From assembly GCA_964291405.2 (NCBI GenBank), contig OZ219926.1:3744001-3808000 (forward strand): 64,000 nucleotides of DNA, written 5' to 3'. The stretch is from Thermodesulfobacteriota bacterium (GTDB lineage: Bacteria; Desulfobacterota; Binatia; Bin18). This document shows positions 37,460 to 47,359 of the stretch, in pieces. The position numbers and the translations under genes were made by a program. Position 1 is the first letter of the stretch. Each line of letters opens with the position of its first letter. The notes beneath the pieces are model-generated. The model was not told the origin of the DNA, did not search any database, and was given only the letters and a program-made list of their open reading frames with translations.

Positions 37460-38011
37460 TTAGAAGCCGGCGACACCGTTGTCCAGTTGCACCCCGAAGG
37501 AGTTGAGTGCCATGGACACCATATTGTACTGGCCGACGGTGAAGACCACGTCCATGAGTTGCTGGGTCGTATAGCGCTCGCTCAGGGCCGCCCAGGTGCC
37601 GTCACTGATAAACGCGTCCGCGTGCAGTTCGTCTGCGGCGCGTAGCAGACTGGCATCAAACGGGTCCCAGCCGTCCGCGTTTGGGCCCTCTTTGATTCGC
37701 GCGATTTCTTCGTCCGTCAGTCCGGCTTCTCTGCCGAAAATCACATGCTGGCCCCATTCGTATTCGGCCTGACACAGCCAGCCGATACGCAATATCAATA
37801 GCTCGCGCTCTCTGGGGACCAGGGTCGAGGTCTCACCCATGATGTGGTAGGCCCAGACCTGGAATTTCTTTGCGGCCTCCCAATGTCGCGCCAGGGTACC
37901 AACCACATTATACACCCGGCCCTCACGGGAGCGGGCCTCAAGAGAAGCGCGTTGTTCGTCCGTCCATTCGTCTGCTGTGAGTGGGGTGATGCGGGGCTGC
38001 GAGAGTTTCAT
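37460..38011 (-). CDS. Carboxymuconolactone decarboxylase family protein
   Basis: RERELLILRIG..CQAEYEWGQH, LRAADEL, TVGQY. Confidence 0.88.
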   Translation of the reverse strand: MKLSQPRITPLTADEWTDEQRASLEARSREGRVYNVVGTLARHWEAAKKFQVWAYHIMGETSTLVPRERELLILRIGWLCQAEYEWGQHVIFGREAGLTDEEIARIKEGPNADGWDPFDASLLRAADELHADAFISDGTWAALSERYTTQQLMDVVFTVGQYNMVSMALNSFGVQLDNGVAGF

Positions 38012-38091
38012 ATCATTCTCTTTCTATAGCAAGGCCGAGAGCGTGCCCTCGGCCTTGTCTATCTATGGCAGGGATCAATAGCGGTGCTGTT

Positions 38092-39204
38092 TTACTCCAG
38101 GCCGTACACGCGAGCGGCGGTATCGTGAACGATCTTGCGCAGTTCCTCGTCGGGCAGCATGCCCAGCCGCTTGTTGACGATCTCCCGTGAACGCGGAAAG
38201 GTCGCCGCGGTATGCGGATAGTCGGACGACCACATGGTGTTGTCCGGACCGTAGCGATGGAGCGAGTCCACAAACACCGGGTCGGCGATAAAGGTCGCAT
38301 ACACCTGACGTTTGACATAGTCGCTGGCGCGCTTCGGCAGGTCCATATTACCGAGTGCACCCAAGCGACGCTGCACGATGTCGAGCCGGTACATGAGATA
38401 GGCCATCCAGCCGACGTCGTTTTCCGCAGAGACGATTTTCAGGCCGGGAAACTTCTCAAGTACGCCGCCATAGACCATCTCGGAAATCGAGCGCTCAATC
38501 TGGTGGTGGAGGGTCGCCAGGGACAGCAGAAAACCCTTGCCGCTGGCCTGGTTTGCGCCCGTGCCACTCCGAGCAGTGAGAATGTGGAGGGAGAGCGGCA
38601 TATTCAGGTCCTGGGCCGCGGCCCAAAACGGCTCATAGTCGGGATGACTATAGGGACGGTCGTCTGGCGGTTCGGCCCAGATCATGGCACCCCGCATGCC
38701 CTGTTTGGCGATGCGTTGCAGTTCGTCCACGGCCAGCGGAATGTCTTCCAGCGTGATCAGACCCAACGGGACGAGCCGCTTCGAGTCGTAACTGCAATAT
38801 TCAGTGGCCCAGTCGTTAAAGGCGCGAAAGCAGGAATAGCGCAATTCCGCGTCGTCCAAGCCGAACAGCGGCATCCCCATGGAGGTATAAATAACCTCTG
38901 CCCGGACGCCGTCACGATCCTGGTCCGCGATCCGATAGGCGGGGTCCCAGACGCTCTTGGGCGCTTCATCAAAGCCCTTTTTGTTGTGCTCGGGAAGTTC
39001 CGGCGACGGCACACCAGCCCCAAAGAAGCCGGCGACGGACATGGGGGTGATATTCTCACACACGAACCACTCCCCGGCACGACCGTTCAGCCCCTTGACG
39101 GTGCGAGGGGCACGGTCACGAAATTTCTTATCTATCCGCTCGGCCCACATATTAGGCGGCTCAACAAAATGCGAGTCTGCTGAAATGAGTGTATACTCCG
39201 ACAT
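38092..39204 (-). CDS. Amidohydrolase family 2 protein
   Basis: ISADSHFVEPP, DQDRDGV, AFNDW, WSSDYPH. Confidence 0.9.
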   Translation of the reverse strand: MSEYTLISADSHFVEPPNMWAERIDKKFRDRAPRTVKGLNGRAGEWFVCENITPMSVAGFFGAGVPSPELPEHNKKGFDEAPKSVWDPAYRIADQDRDGVRAEVIYTSMGMPLFGLDDAELRYSCFRAFNDWATEYCSYDSKRLVPLGLITLEDIPLAVDELQRIAKQGMRGAMIWAEPPDDRPYSHPDYEPFWAAAQDLNMPLSLHILTARSGTGANQASGKGFLLSLATLHHQIERSISEMVYGGVLEKFPGLKIVSAENDVGWMAYLMYRLDIVQRRLGALGNMDLPKRASDYVKRQVYATFIADPVFVDSLHRYGPDNTMWSSDYPHTAATFPRSREIVNKRLGMLPDEELRKIVHDTAARVYGLE

Positions 39205-39311
39205 GAGCTCTCCCTCCTTACTGATGGCTCTTCGTTGTCCATACTCTACGTCAGATTCGACCATGTTGCTATGCCTTGCTTTCGCTCTCTCGCATCGTTT
39301 ATAGAGGGGGC

Positions 39312-41021
39312 ATGCAATACGATCTGATTCTGAAAAACGGTACGGTTATTGATGGTTCCGGGCTGCCCCGCTTCCAGGCTGACGTCGGTATCAGCCACGG
39401 AAAAATCGCGACCATCGGCAGAATCCGCGACGGTGCTCGGGAGGTGATTGATGCCGAGGGTCATGTAGTCGCCCCAGGGTTTATCGATGCGCACACCCAT
39501 ATGGACGCCCAGGTGTTCTGGGACCCGCTGGGGACGTGCTCCTGCTGGCATGGTATCACCAGTGTAGTGATGGGAAATTGCGGTTTTTCGCTCGCCCCGT
39601 GTGCCGAGCAGGATAAACTGCTGGTGATGCGCAATCTTGAACGGGCAGAAGATATTGCCCCGGAAGCAATGGAAGCCGGGATTCCGTGGAGTTGGACTAC
39701 CTACCCGGAATACCTGGATGCGGTCGATGCGCTTCCGAAGGGTATTAACTATGCCGCCTATATCGGGCACTCCGCGCTGCGGACCCACGTCATGGGGGAG
39801 CGTGCATTTACGCAAGAAGCAAGCCCGGCGGACCTGGAAGCCATGCAGCGCGAAGTGCGGGCTGCGATTCAGGCGGGCGCTATTGGACTGAGCACCTCAC
39901 GCACCCACAACCATCAGACGCCGGACGGTCAACCGGTCGCCAGCCGGCTGGCGACCTGGGAGGAAGTGCGCCAACTGGTTGGCACCATGGGCGAGCTGAA
40001 TGCCGGTGTATTTGAAATTGCCAACGAAGATGCCCGGTTCGATCCTGAACGGATTGATGAGTATCTTGGCCGCCTTAAGGCGCTCGCCGTTGACACCGGC
40101 GTGCCGATCACGTTTGGCATGTTCAGCAGCCGCCAAGCGCCAAATATGTGGCAGCCGTTCTTTACCTTGGCCGATGAAACCGCCGAGGCGGGCGGACGGA
40201 TATTCATTCAGGTACATAGTCGCCCGCTGAACGTGGTGCTGTCATTCGAGACGGCGACGCCGTTCGATACATTACCCGTGTGGGAGGATATCAGAAAACG
40301 CCCATTAGCCGCCCAAGAGGCCGCGCTGCGTAACCCGGAAACACGTCAGAAGCTGGTTGAAGCCGTCCACCAACGGCCGCGCGGTCAGAACAAGGGTGTT
40401 GGTGCCGAGCCGCGCGCGGCGAATTTCAAGTGGTTGTTTGTCATGGACTCTGCCACTCCACCGTATCGTTCAATCGCCGAGATTGCCGATGAGCGCAATC
40501 AAGACCCGGTCGAAGTGTTTATTGATCTCGCTTTGGAGAAGGGCCTGAAACAGTTTTTCCTGCAACCGCTCGTCAACCACAATCAAGATCATGTGTTGGA
40601 AATGATGCGGCACCCACGTTCGGTTATCACCTTTTCGGACTCCGGTGCGCACGTCTCCCAGATCATGGACTCATCCCTCCAAACCCACGTCCTCGGTCAT
40701 TGGGTTCGGGAGAAGCAGGCGCTGACCCTGGAAGAGGCAGTGCGACAGTTGAGCTTCGTTCCTGCCTCTCACTGGGGCCTGAGCGGGCGAGGATTGCTGC
40801 GTGAGGGCTGGAACGCCGATATGGTGATCTTTGATCCCCAGACCGTTGCACCGCAGTTGCCGGAAGTCGTCTACGATCTGCCGGCTGGCGCGCGACGACT
40901 CAAGCAACAGGCGCATGGCTTTCTCGCCACAGTCGTGAACGGCGAGACGGTCTTGCGCCACAACGAACACACGGGCGCACTGCCCGGTCGGTTGCTGCGG
41001 GGGCCACGGGCTTCTGGTTAA
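39312..41021 (+). CDS. N-acyl-D-amino-acid deacylase family amidohydrolase
   Basis: IDGSG, APGFIDAHTHMD, HGITSVVMGNCG, SDSGAH, DLPAGARRL. Confidence 0.9.
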   Translation: MQYDLILKNGTVIDGSGLPRFQADVGISHGKIATIGRIRDGAREVIDAEGHVVAPGFIDAHTHMDAQVFWDPLGTCSCWHGITSVVMGNCGFSLAPCAEQDKLLVMRNLERAEDIAPEAMEAGIPWSWTTYPEYLDAVDALPKGINYAAYIGHSALRTHVMGERAFTQEASPADLEAMQREVRAAIQAGAIGLSTSRTHNHQTPDGQPVASRLATWEEVRQLVGTMGELNAGVFEIANEDARFDPERIDEYLGRLKALAVDTGVPITFGMFSSRQAPNMWQPFFTLADETAEAGGRIFIQVHSRPLNVVLSFETATPFDTLPVWEDIRKRPLAAQEAALRNPETRQKLVEAVHQRPRGQNKGVGAEPRAANFKWLFVMDSATPPYRSIAEIADERNQDPVEVFIDLALEKGLKQFFLQPLVNHNQDHVLEMMRHPRSVITFSDSGAHVSQIMDSSLQTHVLGHWVREKQALTLEEAVRQLSFVPASHWGLSGRGLLREGWNADMVIFDPQTVAPQLPEVVYDLPAGARRLKQQAHGFLATVVNGETVLRHNEHTGALPGRLLRGPRASG

Positions 41022-41059
41022 AACCTGACAGGACTGGGAGGCCGTCTTGTGAGGCGAGT

Positions 41060-41497
41060 ATGGAAATTCTAGAAATTATCGCCATCCTTGCATGCTCGAT
41101 TTTTGCTGGTGCGGCGATTTACGGTACTGTGGTGGAGCATCCGGCCCGCCTCGCCTGTGGAACGGAACTGGCCGCCACTGTTTTTGGACCGAGCTACAAA
41201 CGTGCCGCAGTTATGCAAGCTTCTCTCGCGCTTCTCGCCACACTGGCAGGCGTTGCGGTAGCGATTAACGGGGGTGTGGGGCTATGGTTCGTGGGAGCTT
41301 GCCTCATCTTCAGCGTCGTGCCGTTCACTTTCTTAGGCATCATGCCGACGAACAAGCGACTGCTTGACCCAGAGCGCGACCGCACCTCAGAAGAAACCCA
41401 AGTGCTGCTTGAGAAGTGGGGCAGACTTCATGCTGTCCGCAGCGTTTCAAGCTTTGCCGCGTCAATCCTGTACGTGTATCTTGGTGTTACAACCTAA
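41060..41497 (+). CDS. DUF1772 / anthrone oxygenase-like membrane protein
   Basis: FAGAAIY..VVEHPAR, PFT...MPTNKRL, WGRLHAVRS. Confidence 0.85.
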   Translation: MEILEIIAILACSIFAGAAIYGTVVEHPARLACGTELAATVFGPSYKRAAVMQASLALLATLAGVAVAINGGVGLWFVGACLIFSVVPFTFLGIMPTNKRLLDPERDRTSEETQVLLEKWGRLHAVRSVSSFAASILYVYLGVTT

Positions 41498-41603
41498 CCG
41501 GAAGTTCTGCTTTTGGACCCTATCCCTCCCCCTACCACGTCAACATACAAGGGCTAGGGTGAGGGCGCCTCTTGTCTGGAGCCCTGCACGACCGCAAACC
41601 GGT

Positions 41604-42905
41604 CTACACCGCCTGTGGTTCCGGCGCTACGACCGCGGCCCCTGCACCCGCCAAAAATGCGCCGACGCAAGATAGGAATGCCCAGTCATAATTGCCGGTG
41701 TTATCGTACAACACGCCGGCAATGACCGGCCCCAGCGCGCCGCCAATACTCAGTCCCAACGTCCCCAGTACACCGGCAATGGCCCCAAAAGCCTGCCGGC
41801 CGAAATCATGTCCGACGATCAAGGGCCACAGCACAATCATACCGCCATAGCCGAGTCCAAAGAGCGATACAAAGAGCGTGAGCGCCCAAAACCCGAGACT
41901 CTCCAAAAAGAGTAACACTCCGATGCCGACCGCCTGCATGCACAGACATCCGGCCAGGATGGCGTGGGGGTGGCGGATGTGTTCGCTGACCCAGCCTGCC
42001 AGAAACCGCCCGGCCATACTCATACCTAAAGAGATACCGGTAATCGTTGAAGCTAACTCGAGGCTATACCCGGCATCCTGAAAAAAGGCGACCTGGTGGG
42101 CATGCACAGCCCCTCCCGCCATCAGCCCCAGGCAGAATGCGGCCCCTAAACGCCAAAATGTTGACGTGGACAGCGCTTGTCTGAGGGTCCAGTCCCGCAC
42201 GTCCTGCTCTGGCTCGGGTCCCAGCAGGGTGTGACGTACTTTCGAATAATCCTGTCCCAAGGGCTTGAGGCCCTTTTCCTGCGGGGAGTTAACGACAAAG
42301 AACCAGACCAGGGGCAGCATGCCGAAGAGGGACAGGCCGGCCAAGACCTGATAGCCCACCCGCCAACTGAACTCGGCGATCAAAAAACCGCACAGCGGGA
42401 CGAGCACCAGCCCCCCGCCACTCGCGCCAACCAGGGCGATACCCATCGCCAGACCCCGTTTGTCCACAAACCACTGGGTAATGACCTTCCCCACGGGCAT
42501 GGGTCCGATGCCCGCCAGCCCGACGCCCAAAAACAGGTAGAGGGCGTAGAAGCCGGGCAGGCTGCTGACGGCGCTGAGCAGGAGCAGAGCGACGCCGTCA
42601 ATCAGGGCACTCAGCAGAAAGACCCAGCGGGCACCAACATGGTCAATGAGCCAGCCCCAGGCGGGTAGAACCAGGCCGGCAACCAGCAAATACAGAGAGA
42701 ACGCCGTGGCGGTCTCGGCTCGTGACCAGCCGAATTCCTGGGTGAGTGGTTTCAGAAACGTCGAGAAGGTATAGGTGAATCCTCCATCGATGATGGAGAT
42801 AAAGAACAGGACGCCGACAATCAGCCAGCCATAGAAGATGCCTTCGCTACGGTCTGCGCTCCCGTCCTCGCTCTTGAGGTCGTCCAAGGAATCTGGCTCT
42901 CTCAT
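41604..42905 (-). CDS. MFS transporter
   Basis: FYGW, EFGWSR, GWLIDHVGAR motif A, WF..KRGLAMG; about 12 TM segments. Confidence 0.92.
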   Translation of the reverse strand: MREPDSLDDLKSEDGSADRSEGIFYGWLIVGVLFFISIIDGGFTYTFSTFLKPLTQEFGWSRAETATAFSLYLLVAGLVLPAWGWLIDHVGARWVFLLSALIDGVALLLLSAVSSLPGFYALYLFLGVGLAGIGPMPVGKVITQWFVDKRGLAMGIALVGASGGGLVLVPLCGFLIAEFSWRVGYQVLAGLSLFGMLPLVWFFVVNSPQEKGLKPLGQDYSKVRHTLLGPEPEQDVRDWTLRQALSTSTFWRLGAAFCLGLMAGGAVHAHQVAFFQDAGYSLELASTITGISLGMSMAGRFLAGWVSEHIRHPHAILAGCLCMQAVGIGVLLFLESLGFWALTLFVSLFGLGYGGMIVLWPLIVGHDFGRQAFGAIAGVLGTLGLSIGGALGPVIAGVLYDNTGNYDWAFLSCVGAFLAGAGAAVVAPEPQAV

Positions 42906-43022
42906 CAGCCGCGATTAGATAGAGGATGTCCTGGTCTGTCAATCTGAAACGATGTGATATGGATATGGAGTGAAAGTGAATGCGCCGGGTACACTATAGG
43001 GCTTAAAAAGGAGGAGAATCGC

Positions 43023-43646
43023 ATGAGTGATCTCACATTGCCAAAAGATAAAACCGCCATTCTGGTAATGGACTGCCAGAACGACATCGTGCATGAAGAC
43101 GGGAAATTTGGCGGGCACCTGACTGGCGGGGCCATGCCCAGGCTTATTAAGGAAAAGAACATCCTGGGTAATATCAGCGCCCTGACTGCCGCGGGCAGGA
43201 CGGCCAAGGTGCCGATCATCCATGTGCGACATGCCTACCGGCCGGATTACTCCGACTTGCTGGAGCACGTGAAGGTCTTTCAGGTGATCAAGCAAATGGA
43301 AGCCCTGCAGGACGGGACGTGGGGAGCTGAGATCCATGCTGACCTCACCCCCGAGCCGGAAGACCTGGTGATTACCAAAACGCGGGTGAGTTCCTTTTAC
43401 GCCAGTCCTTTGGAAGCCATTCTCAATTCCCAGGGGCGCACCCATTTGGTGCTGACCGGTATCGCGACAGACGGCGTTGTCGAAGGCACGGCACGGGACG
43501 GTACTGACCGTGGCTATCATATCTTCATTCCTGAAGATTGCTGCGCGGCCACGACCGAAGAGGCCCATGGGGTCATTCTAGGTGCAGCACTAGGAGGACT
43601 CACTGCCGTGTGTACGTCGGATGAGGTGATCCGGGCGTTGGCGTAG
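43023..43646 (+). CDS. Isochorismatase family cysteine hydrolase
   Basis: TAILVMDCQND, KTRVSSF, GIATDGVVEGTAR (G in place of the usual catalytic Cys). Confidence 0.85.
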   Translation: MSDLTLPKDKTAILVMDCQNDIVHEDGKFGGHLTGGAMPRLIKEKNILGNISALTAAGRTAKVPIIHVRHAYRPDYSDLLEHVKVFQVIKQMEALQDGTWGAEIHADLTPEPEDLVITKTRVSSFYASPLEAILNSQGRTHLVLTGIATDGVVEGTARDGTDRGYHIFIPEDCCAATTEEAHGVILGAALGGLTAVCTSDEVIRALA

Positions 43647-43670
43647 GGACGCAGCCTGCTGCGCCCCTGC
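43643..43670. repeat. GTAG-type REP-like palindrome overlapping a stop codon
   Basis: GTAGGGACGCAGC-CT-GCTGCGCCCCTGC imperfect hairpin between convergent genes. Confidence 0.5.
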
Positions 43671-43711
43671 ATTGGCATTGTCGAAGAGGCCGTCTGAACT
43701 GGGACGTGTTG

Positions 43712-44134
43712 CTACAGTTCGGGCGGTGCCAGGATCGTAAAGCCAAAGAATGATTCGTTTCCGGTCCGAAGCGTATGTGGCGCGCCGGCCGGAATCATCA
43801 GTACATCGCCGGCCTTGATGTCCTGCTCTTTGCCGGACACTCTGGCGGTGGCACAGCCTTCGACGACATAAATGATCTGGTCGCCCTTGTGGGTATTCTC
43901 TTCGTCGTTGCTATAGCCGGCCGGCAGGGTGAAGGCGACCGTCTGGCTCAAATCGGTCTCCTGGAGCTTGGCAACCTCACTCCCCCGGTGGTCAAAGACG
44001 TTGGCAACGTCAAGCCCGCCGGATGCGCCGTTCCCTCCGATTTCCTGCATCTGTTCGGCAAAGAGTTCGTCCGAGATCAGCCCCTGCCGATATGCCTTGA
44101 GGATTTGTTTGACCTCAAAATCTTTGTTCGCCAT
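43712..44134 (-). CDS. Cupin domain protein with short N-terminal helical domain
   Basis: NTHKGDQIIYVVEG and AGDVLMIPAGAPH cupin motifs; AGGAGG RBS. Confidence 0.85.
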   Translation of the reverse strand: MANKDFEVKQILKAYRQGLISDELFAEQMQEIGGNGASGGLDVANVFDHRGSEVAKLQETDLSQTVAFTLPAGYSNDEENTHKGDQIIYVVEGCATARVSGKEQDIKAGDVLMIPAGAPHTLRTGNESFFGFTILAPPEL

Positions 44135-44325
44135 GGTGTGTTCCCTCCTTTGGTGTGTATGACTAATCGTCCTCCTGCCCATAGCGCCGGACCGCCCGAA
44201 AAGCAAGATGCTCTTTTCCCGCTACCAAACGTCTGGATTGAATAGCTTGCAGAAAAGAGGGGAAGGGGCATATGGTTTGATGATTCTGGATCTCAGGCCA
44301 TATGGCCTCACTGCGCGGGGAATAT

Positions 44326-45267
44326 ATGCAATACACGACCCTCGGACGGACCGGCCTCAAGGTCAGCGTGGCCGGCCTCGGGTGTGGCGGCCACAGCCGG
44401 CTGGGGCAGAAAACGGGCAAAACCGAGCAGGAGTCCGTTGGCGTTGTCCGGCAGGCGTTAGACCTGGGCATCAACCTCATCGATACCGCCGAGGCGTATG
44501 GGACAGAGCGCATTGTCGGTAAGGCGATACAGGACGTTGGCCGCGACCAGATCGTGATTTCCACCAAAAAGCTGTGTCCGGACCCTGAGGGTGACGACCC
44601 AAGCGGAGAGCTGCGGCGTGGCGTGGAACAGAGTCTCAAACGCCTCCAGACCGACTATGTGGACGTGTTCTATCTCCACGGGGTGCGGCCCAAGCAGTAC
44701 CAGTACGCGTACGACACGCTTGCTCCCGTGCTGGCCCGACTACGCGAGGAGGGCAAGGTTCGCTTTCTCGGTGTGACCGAGGCGTTCATTCCCGACCCGC
44801 AGCACGCTATGCTCAAACGGGCTCTGGAAGACGACTGCTGGGACGTGATGATGGTTGGCTTCAATCTGCTCAACCAGTCCGCCCGCCAACGGGTGTTTCC
44901 GCACACCCAGGCCAGGAACATTGGAACCATGGGCATGTTCGCCGTGCGGAACGCGCTCAGCCGCCCGGCCCGTCTGAAAAAAATTCTGGCTGAACTCAGA
45001 GATAAGAACCAAATCGATCCCGCCCTGTGTGAGATACCGGATGTGCTCGGCTTTCTGACTGACACGGGGAAAGCCGAGACCCTTCCCGAGGCGGCCTATC
45101 GCTACTGCCGGTATGAGCCCGGAATGGACAGCGTCCTGACTGGCACCGGTAGTGTCGAGCATCTCAAAGAGAATATTGCCGCGCTGCTCAAAGAACCGCT
45201 GCCGTTGGCGGATTGTGAGCGGCTGGCCGCACTGTTCGGGCAGGTCGATTGCGTGTCGGGAAATTAA
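44326..45267 (+). CDS. Aldo/keto reductase
   Basis: LGRTGLKVS, GINLIDTAEAYG, SLKRLQTDYVD, EGKVRFLG. Confidence 0.92.
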   Translation: MQYTTLGRTGLKVSVAGLGCGGHSRLGQKTGKTEQESVGVVRQALDLGINLIDTAEAYGTERIVGKAIQDVGRDQIVISTKKLCPDPEGDDPSGELRRGVEQSLKRLQTDYVDVFYLHGVRPKQYQYAYDTLAPVLARLREEGKVRFLGVTEAFIPDPQHAMLKRALEDDCWDVMMVGFNLLNQSARQRVFPHTQARNIGTMGMFAVRNALSRPARLKKILAELRDKNQIDPALCEIPDVLGFLTDTGKAETLPEAAYRYCRYEPGMDSVLTGTGSVEHLKENIAALLKEPLPLADCERLAALFGQVDCVSGN

Positions 45268-45277
45268 GGAGGCCCCT

Positions 45278-47029
45278 ATGAGCGAGACCACGAGCGAGTC
45301 CACCCTGACGGTTGAACGAGATGTGGCCATCCCCATGCGGGACGGCACACTGCTGCGCGCCGATGTCTATCGTCCGGCAACGGGCAGGCATCCGGTTATC
45401 TTACAACGGACCCCATACGACAAGGGGCTGACGACAATTTCCATGCTCATGCTTGATATTATCCGAACCGCCAGTGAGGGCTATGCCGTTGTCGTCCAGG
45501 ACTCGCGTGGCCGCTACGCCTCGGACGGAGAGTTTTACACCTTTCGCGACGATATGGCCGACGGCTATGACACGGTTGAATGGTGTGGCGTGCAGCCGTG
45601 GTCGGACGGCAACGTGGGCATGTATGGCGCGTCCTACGTTGGGGCCACCCAGTGGCTGGCCGCGCTGAGCCGGCCGCCACATCTGAAAGCGATCTTCCCG
45701 CTGATTACGGCGTCCGATTACCACGAGGGCTGGACGTATCAGGGCGGAGCCTTTGCGCTGGGCTTTAATGCAAGCTGGACCATGACCGGCCTGGCGCCCG
45801 ATACCGCCATGCGGCTGGCGAAAGACCGGCCCGAACTACGGGATGAGGTCGGACAGCTCCTGTCCGGGATCGACGATATGTGTGAGGCGTTTCGTCACCT
45901 GCCGCTCAAGGATTTTCCGTTCTTTCATCAGTCTGCGTCCTATTTTTACGACTGGCTGGCACATCCTGACGACGACGACTACTGGGCGCAGCTCAATATC
46001 GAAAATCGGCATGACACGATCCCCGTTCCGGCCTGTAATGTCGGCGGCTGGTACGACATCTTCCTGGGTGGCACGATTCGCAATTATCTGGGTATGCGCG
46101 AGCGCGGTGCTACGCCGGAGGCCCGCGACGGCCAAAAACTCGTTATCGGTCCGTGGCACCATGCGCTGCCGCTGAACAACGTTGTTGGTGAGGCGAATTT
46201 TGGACTCTCAACGACGCAACTGGCTGCGGGCCTGGACGGGTTGCACCTGCGCTGGTTTGACTACTGGCTTAAAGGTAAAGCGAACGGCCTGTTGGAAGAG
46301 CCGCCGGTGCGTATTTTCGTCATGGGCGAGAATACGTGGCGGGATGAGAACGAATGGCCGCTGGCTCGGACACGGTACACGCCATACTACTTGCACAGCG
46401 CCGGTAAAGCGAACGGCCTGAACGGTGACGGTAGCCTGAGCCCCGAGGCTCCACGTAGCGAACCGGCGGACGTCTTCGTCTCCGACCCGCGTCACCCCGT
46501 TCCGACCAAAGGCGGCGGGTTATGCTGCTGGCCGGCGGCCGTTCCCGGCGGGGCGTTCGACCAACGTTCCGTGGAAGAGCGGGAAGATGTTCTGGTGTAT
46601 ACCACCCCCGTCCTTGAGCAGGACGTCGAGGTCACCGGACCTGTCACGGTGACCCTGTATGCGGCCACGAGCGCGGTTGATACGGATTTTACGGCCAAGT
46701 TGGTGGACGTGCACCCCGAAGGATACGCCCAGAACCTGACAGACGGTATCATTCGGGGCCGCTATCGGACCTCGAAAGCCCAGGCTACGCTCCTCCAGCC
46801 CGGCGAGGTCTACGAGTTTACGATAGACGTGTGGGCAACCAGCAATGTCTTCAAGGCCGGACACTGCATTCGGCTCGAAATTGCCAGCTCAAACTTTCCG
46901 CGTTTTGACCGCAATCCGCAAACCGGCGAGGCCAGCGGTGAGGCCAGTCGCTTGGAGCCGGCCCTCCAGCGCGTCTTTCATGATGAGGCCCATCCCTCAC
47001 ATGTGGTGCTGCCGATCATTCCCCGCTGA
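45278..47029 (+). CDS. CocE/NonD family hydrolase
   Basis: IPMRDG..L.ADVYRP, RTPYDK, QDSRGRY.SDG, GMYGASY, GGWYD, GPW.H, SSNFPRFDRNP. Confidence 0.93.
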   Translation: MSETTSESTLTVERDVAIPMRDGTLLRADVYRPATGRHPVILQRTPYDKGLTTISMLMLDIIRTASEGYAVVVQDSRGRYASDGEFYTFRDDMADGYDTVEWCGVQPWSDGNVGMYGASYVGATQWLAALSRPPHLKAIFPLITASDYHEGWTYQGGAFALGFNASWTMTGLAPDTAMRLAKDRPELRDEVGQLLSGIDDMCEAFRHLPLKDFPFFHQSASYFYDWLAHPDDDDYWAQLNIENRHDTIPVPACNVGGWYDIFLGGTIRNYLGMRERGATPEARDGQKLVIGPWHHALPLNNVVGEANFGLSTTQLAAGLDGLHLRWFDYWLKGKANGLLEEPPVRIFVMGENTWRDENEWPLARTRYTPYYLHSAGKANGLNGDGSLSPEAPRSEPADVFVSDPRHPVPTKGGGLCCWPAAVPGGAFDQRSVEEREDVLVYTTPVLEQDVEVTGPVTVTLYAATSAVDTDFTAKLVDVHPEGYAQNLTDGIIRGRYRTSKAQATLLQPGEVYEFTIDVWATSNVFKAGHCIRLEIASSNFPRFDRNPQTGEASGEASRLEPALQRVFHDEAHPSHVVLPIIPR

Positions 47030-47058
47030 GGGGTGTACTGGTTAAAGGAAGGCGGACA

Positions 47059-47100
47059 GTGAAGAGGCAGATTATAGAAACGGTTTGACTGCCTCTTCAC
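47059..47100. terminator. Inverted repeat between convergent genes
   Basis: GTGAAGAGGCAG-N18-CTGCCTCTTCAC, perfect 12-bp arms. Confidence 0.55.
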
Positions 47101-47110
47101 GTCAGATGTT

Positions 47111-47356
47111 TCACTCGCTCCCGCCGGCCACTGGCGGAAAGATGCTGATTTGGTCCCCGTCCGTAAGCGTCTGATCGAACTCCCGGGTCTGCTCGCCGTT
47201 GACCAGGACCATCTGGGCCAGGTCGAGAGGAATGTCGAGATGATGAATCAGATCGTTGATGGTTGCCTGATCCGTGAGATCAAGCGTGGCTTTCCCGAGA
47301 GAGCCTTTGGGTAGTTTTTTCCGAAGATTGGCAAAGAGTTTGATACTGACCTGCAT
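47111..47356 (-). CDS. MoaD/ThiS sulfur carrier
   Basis: IKLFANLR, VLVNG, LTDGD.ISIFPPVAGG followed by SE. Confidence 0.88.
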   Translation of the reverse strand: MQVSIKLFANLRKKLPKGSLGKATLDLTDQATINDLIHHLDIPLDLAQMVLVNGEQTREFDQTLTDGDQISIFPPVAGGSE

Positions 47357-47359
47357 CGA

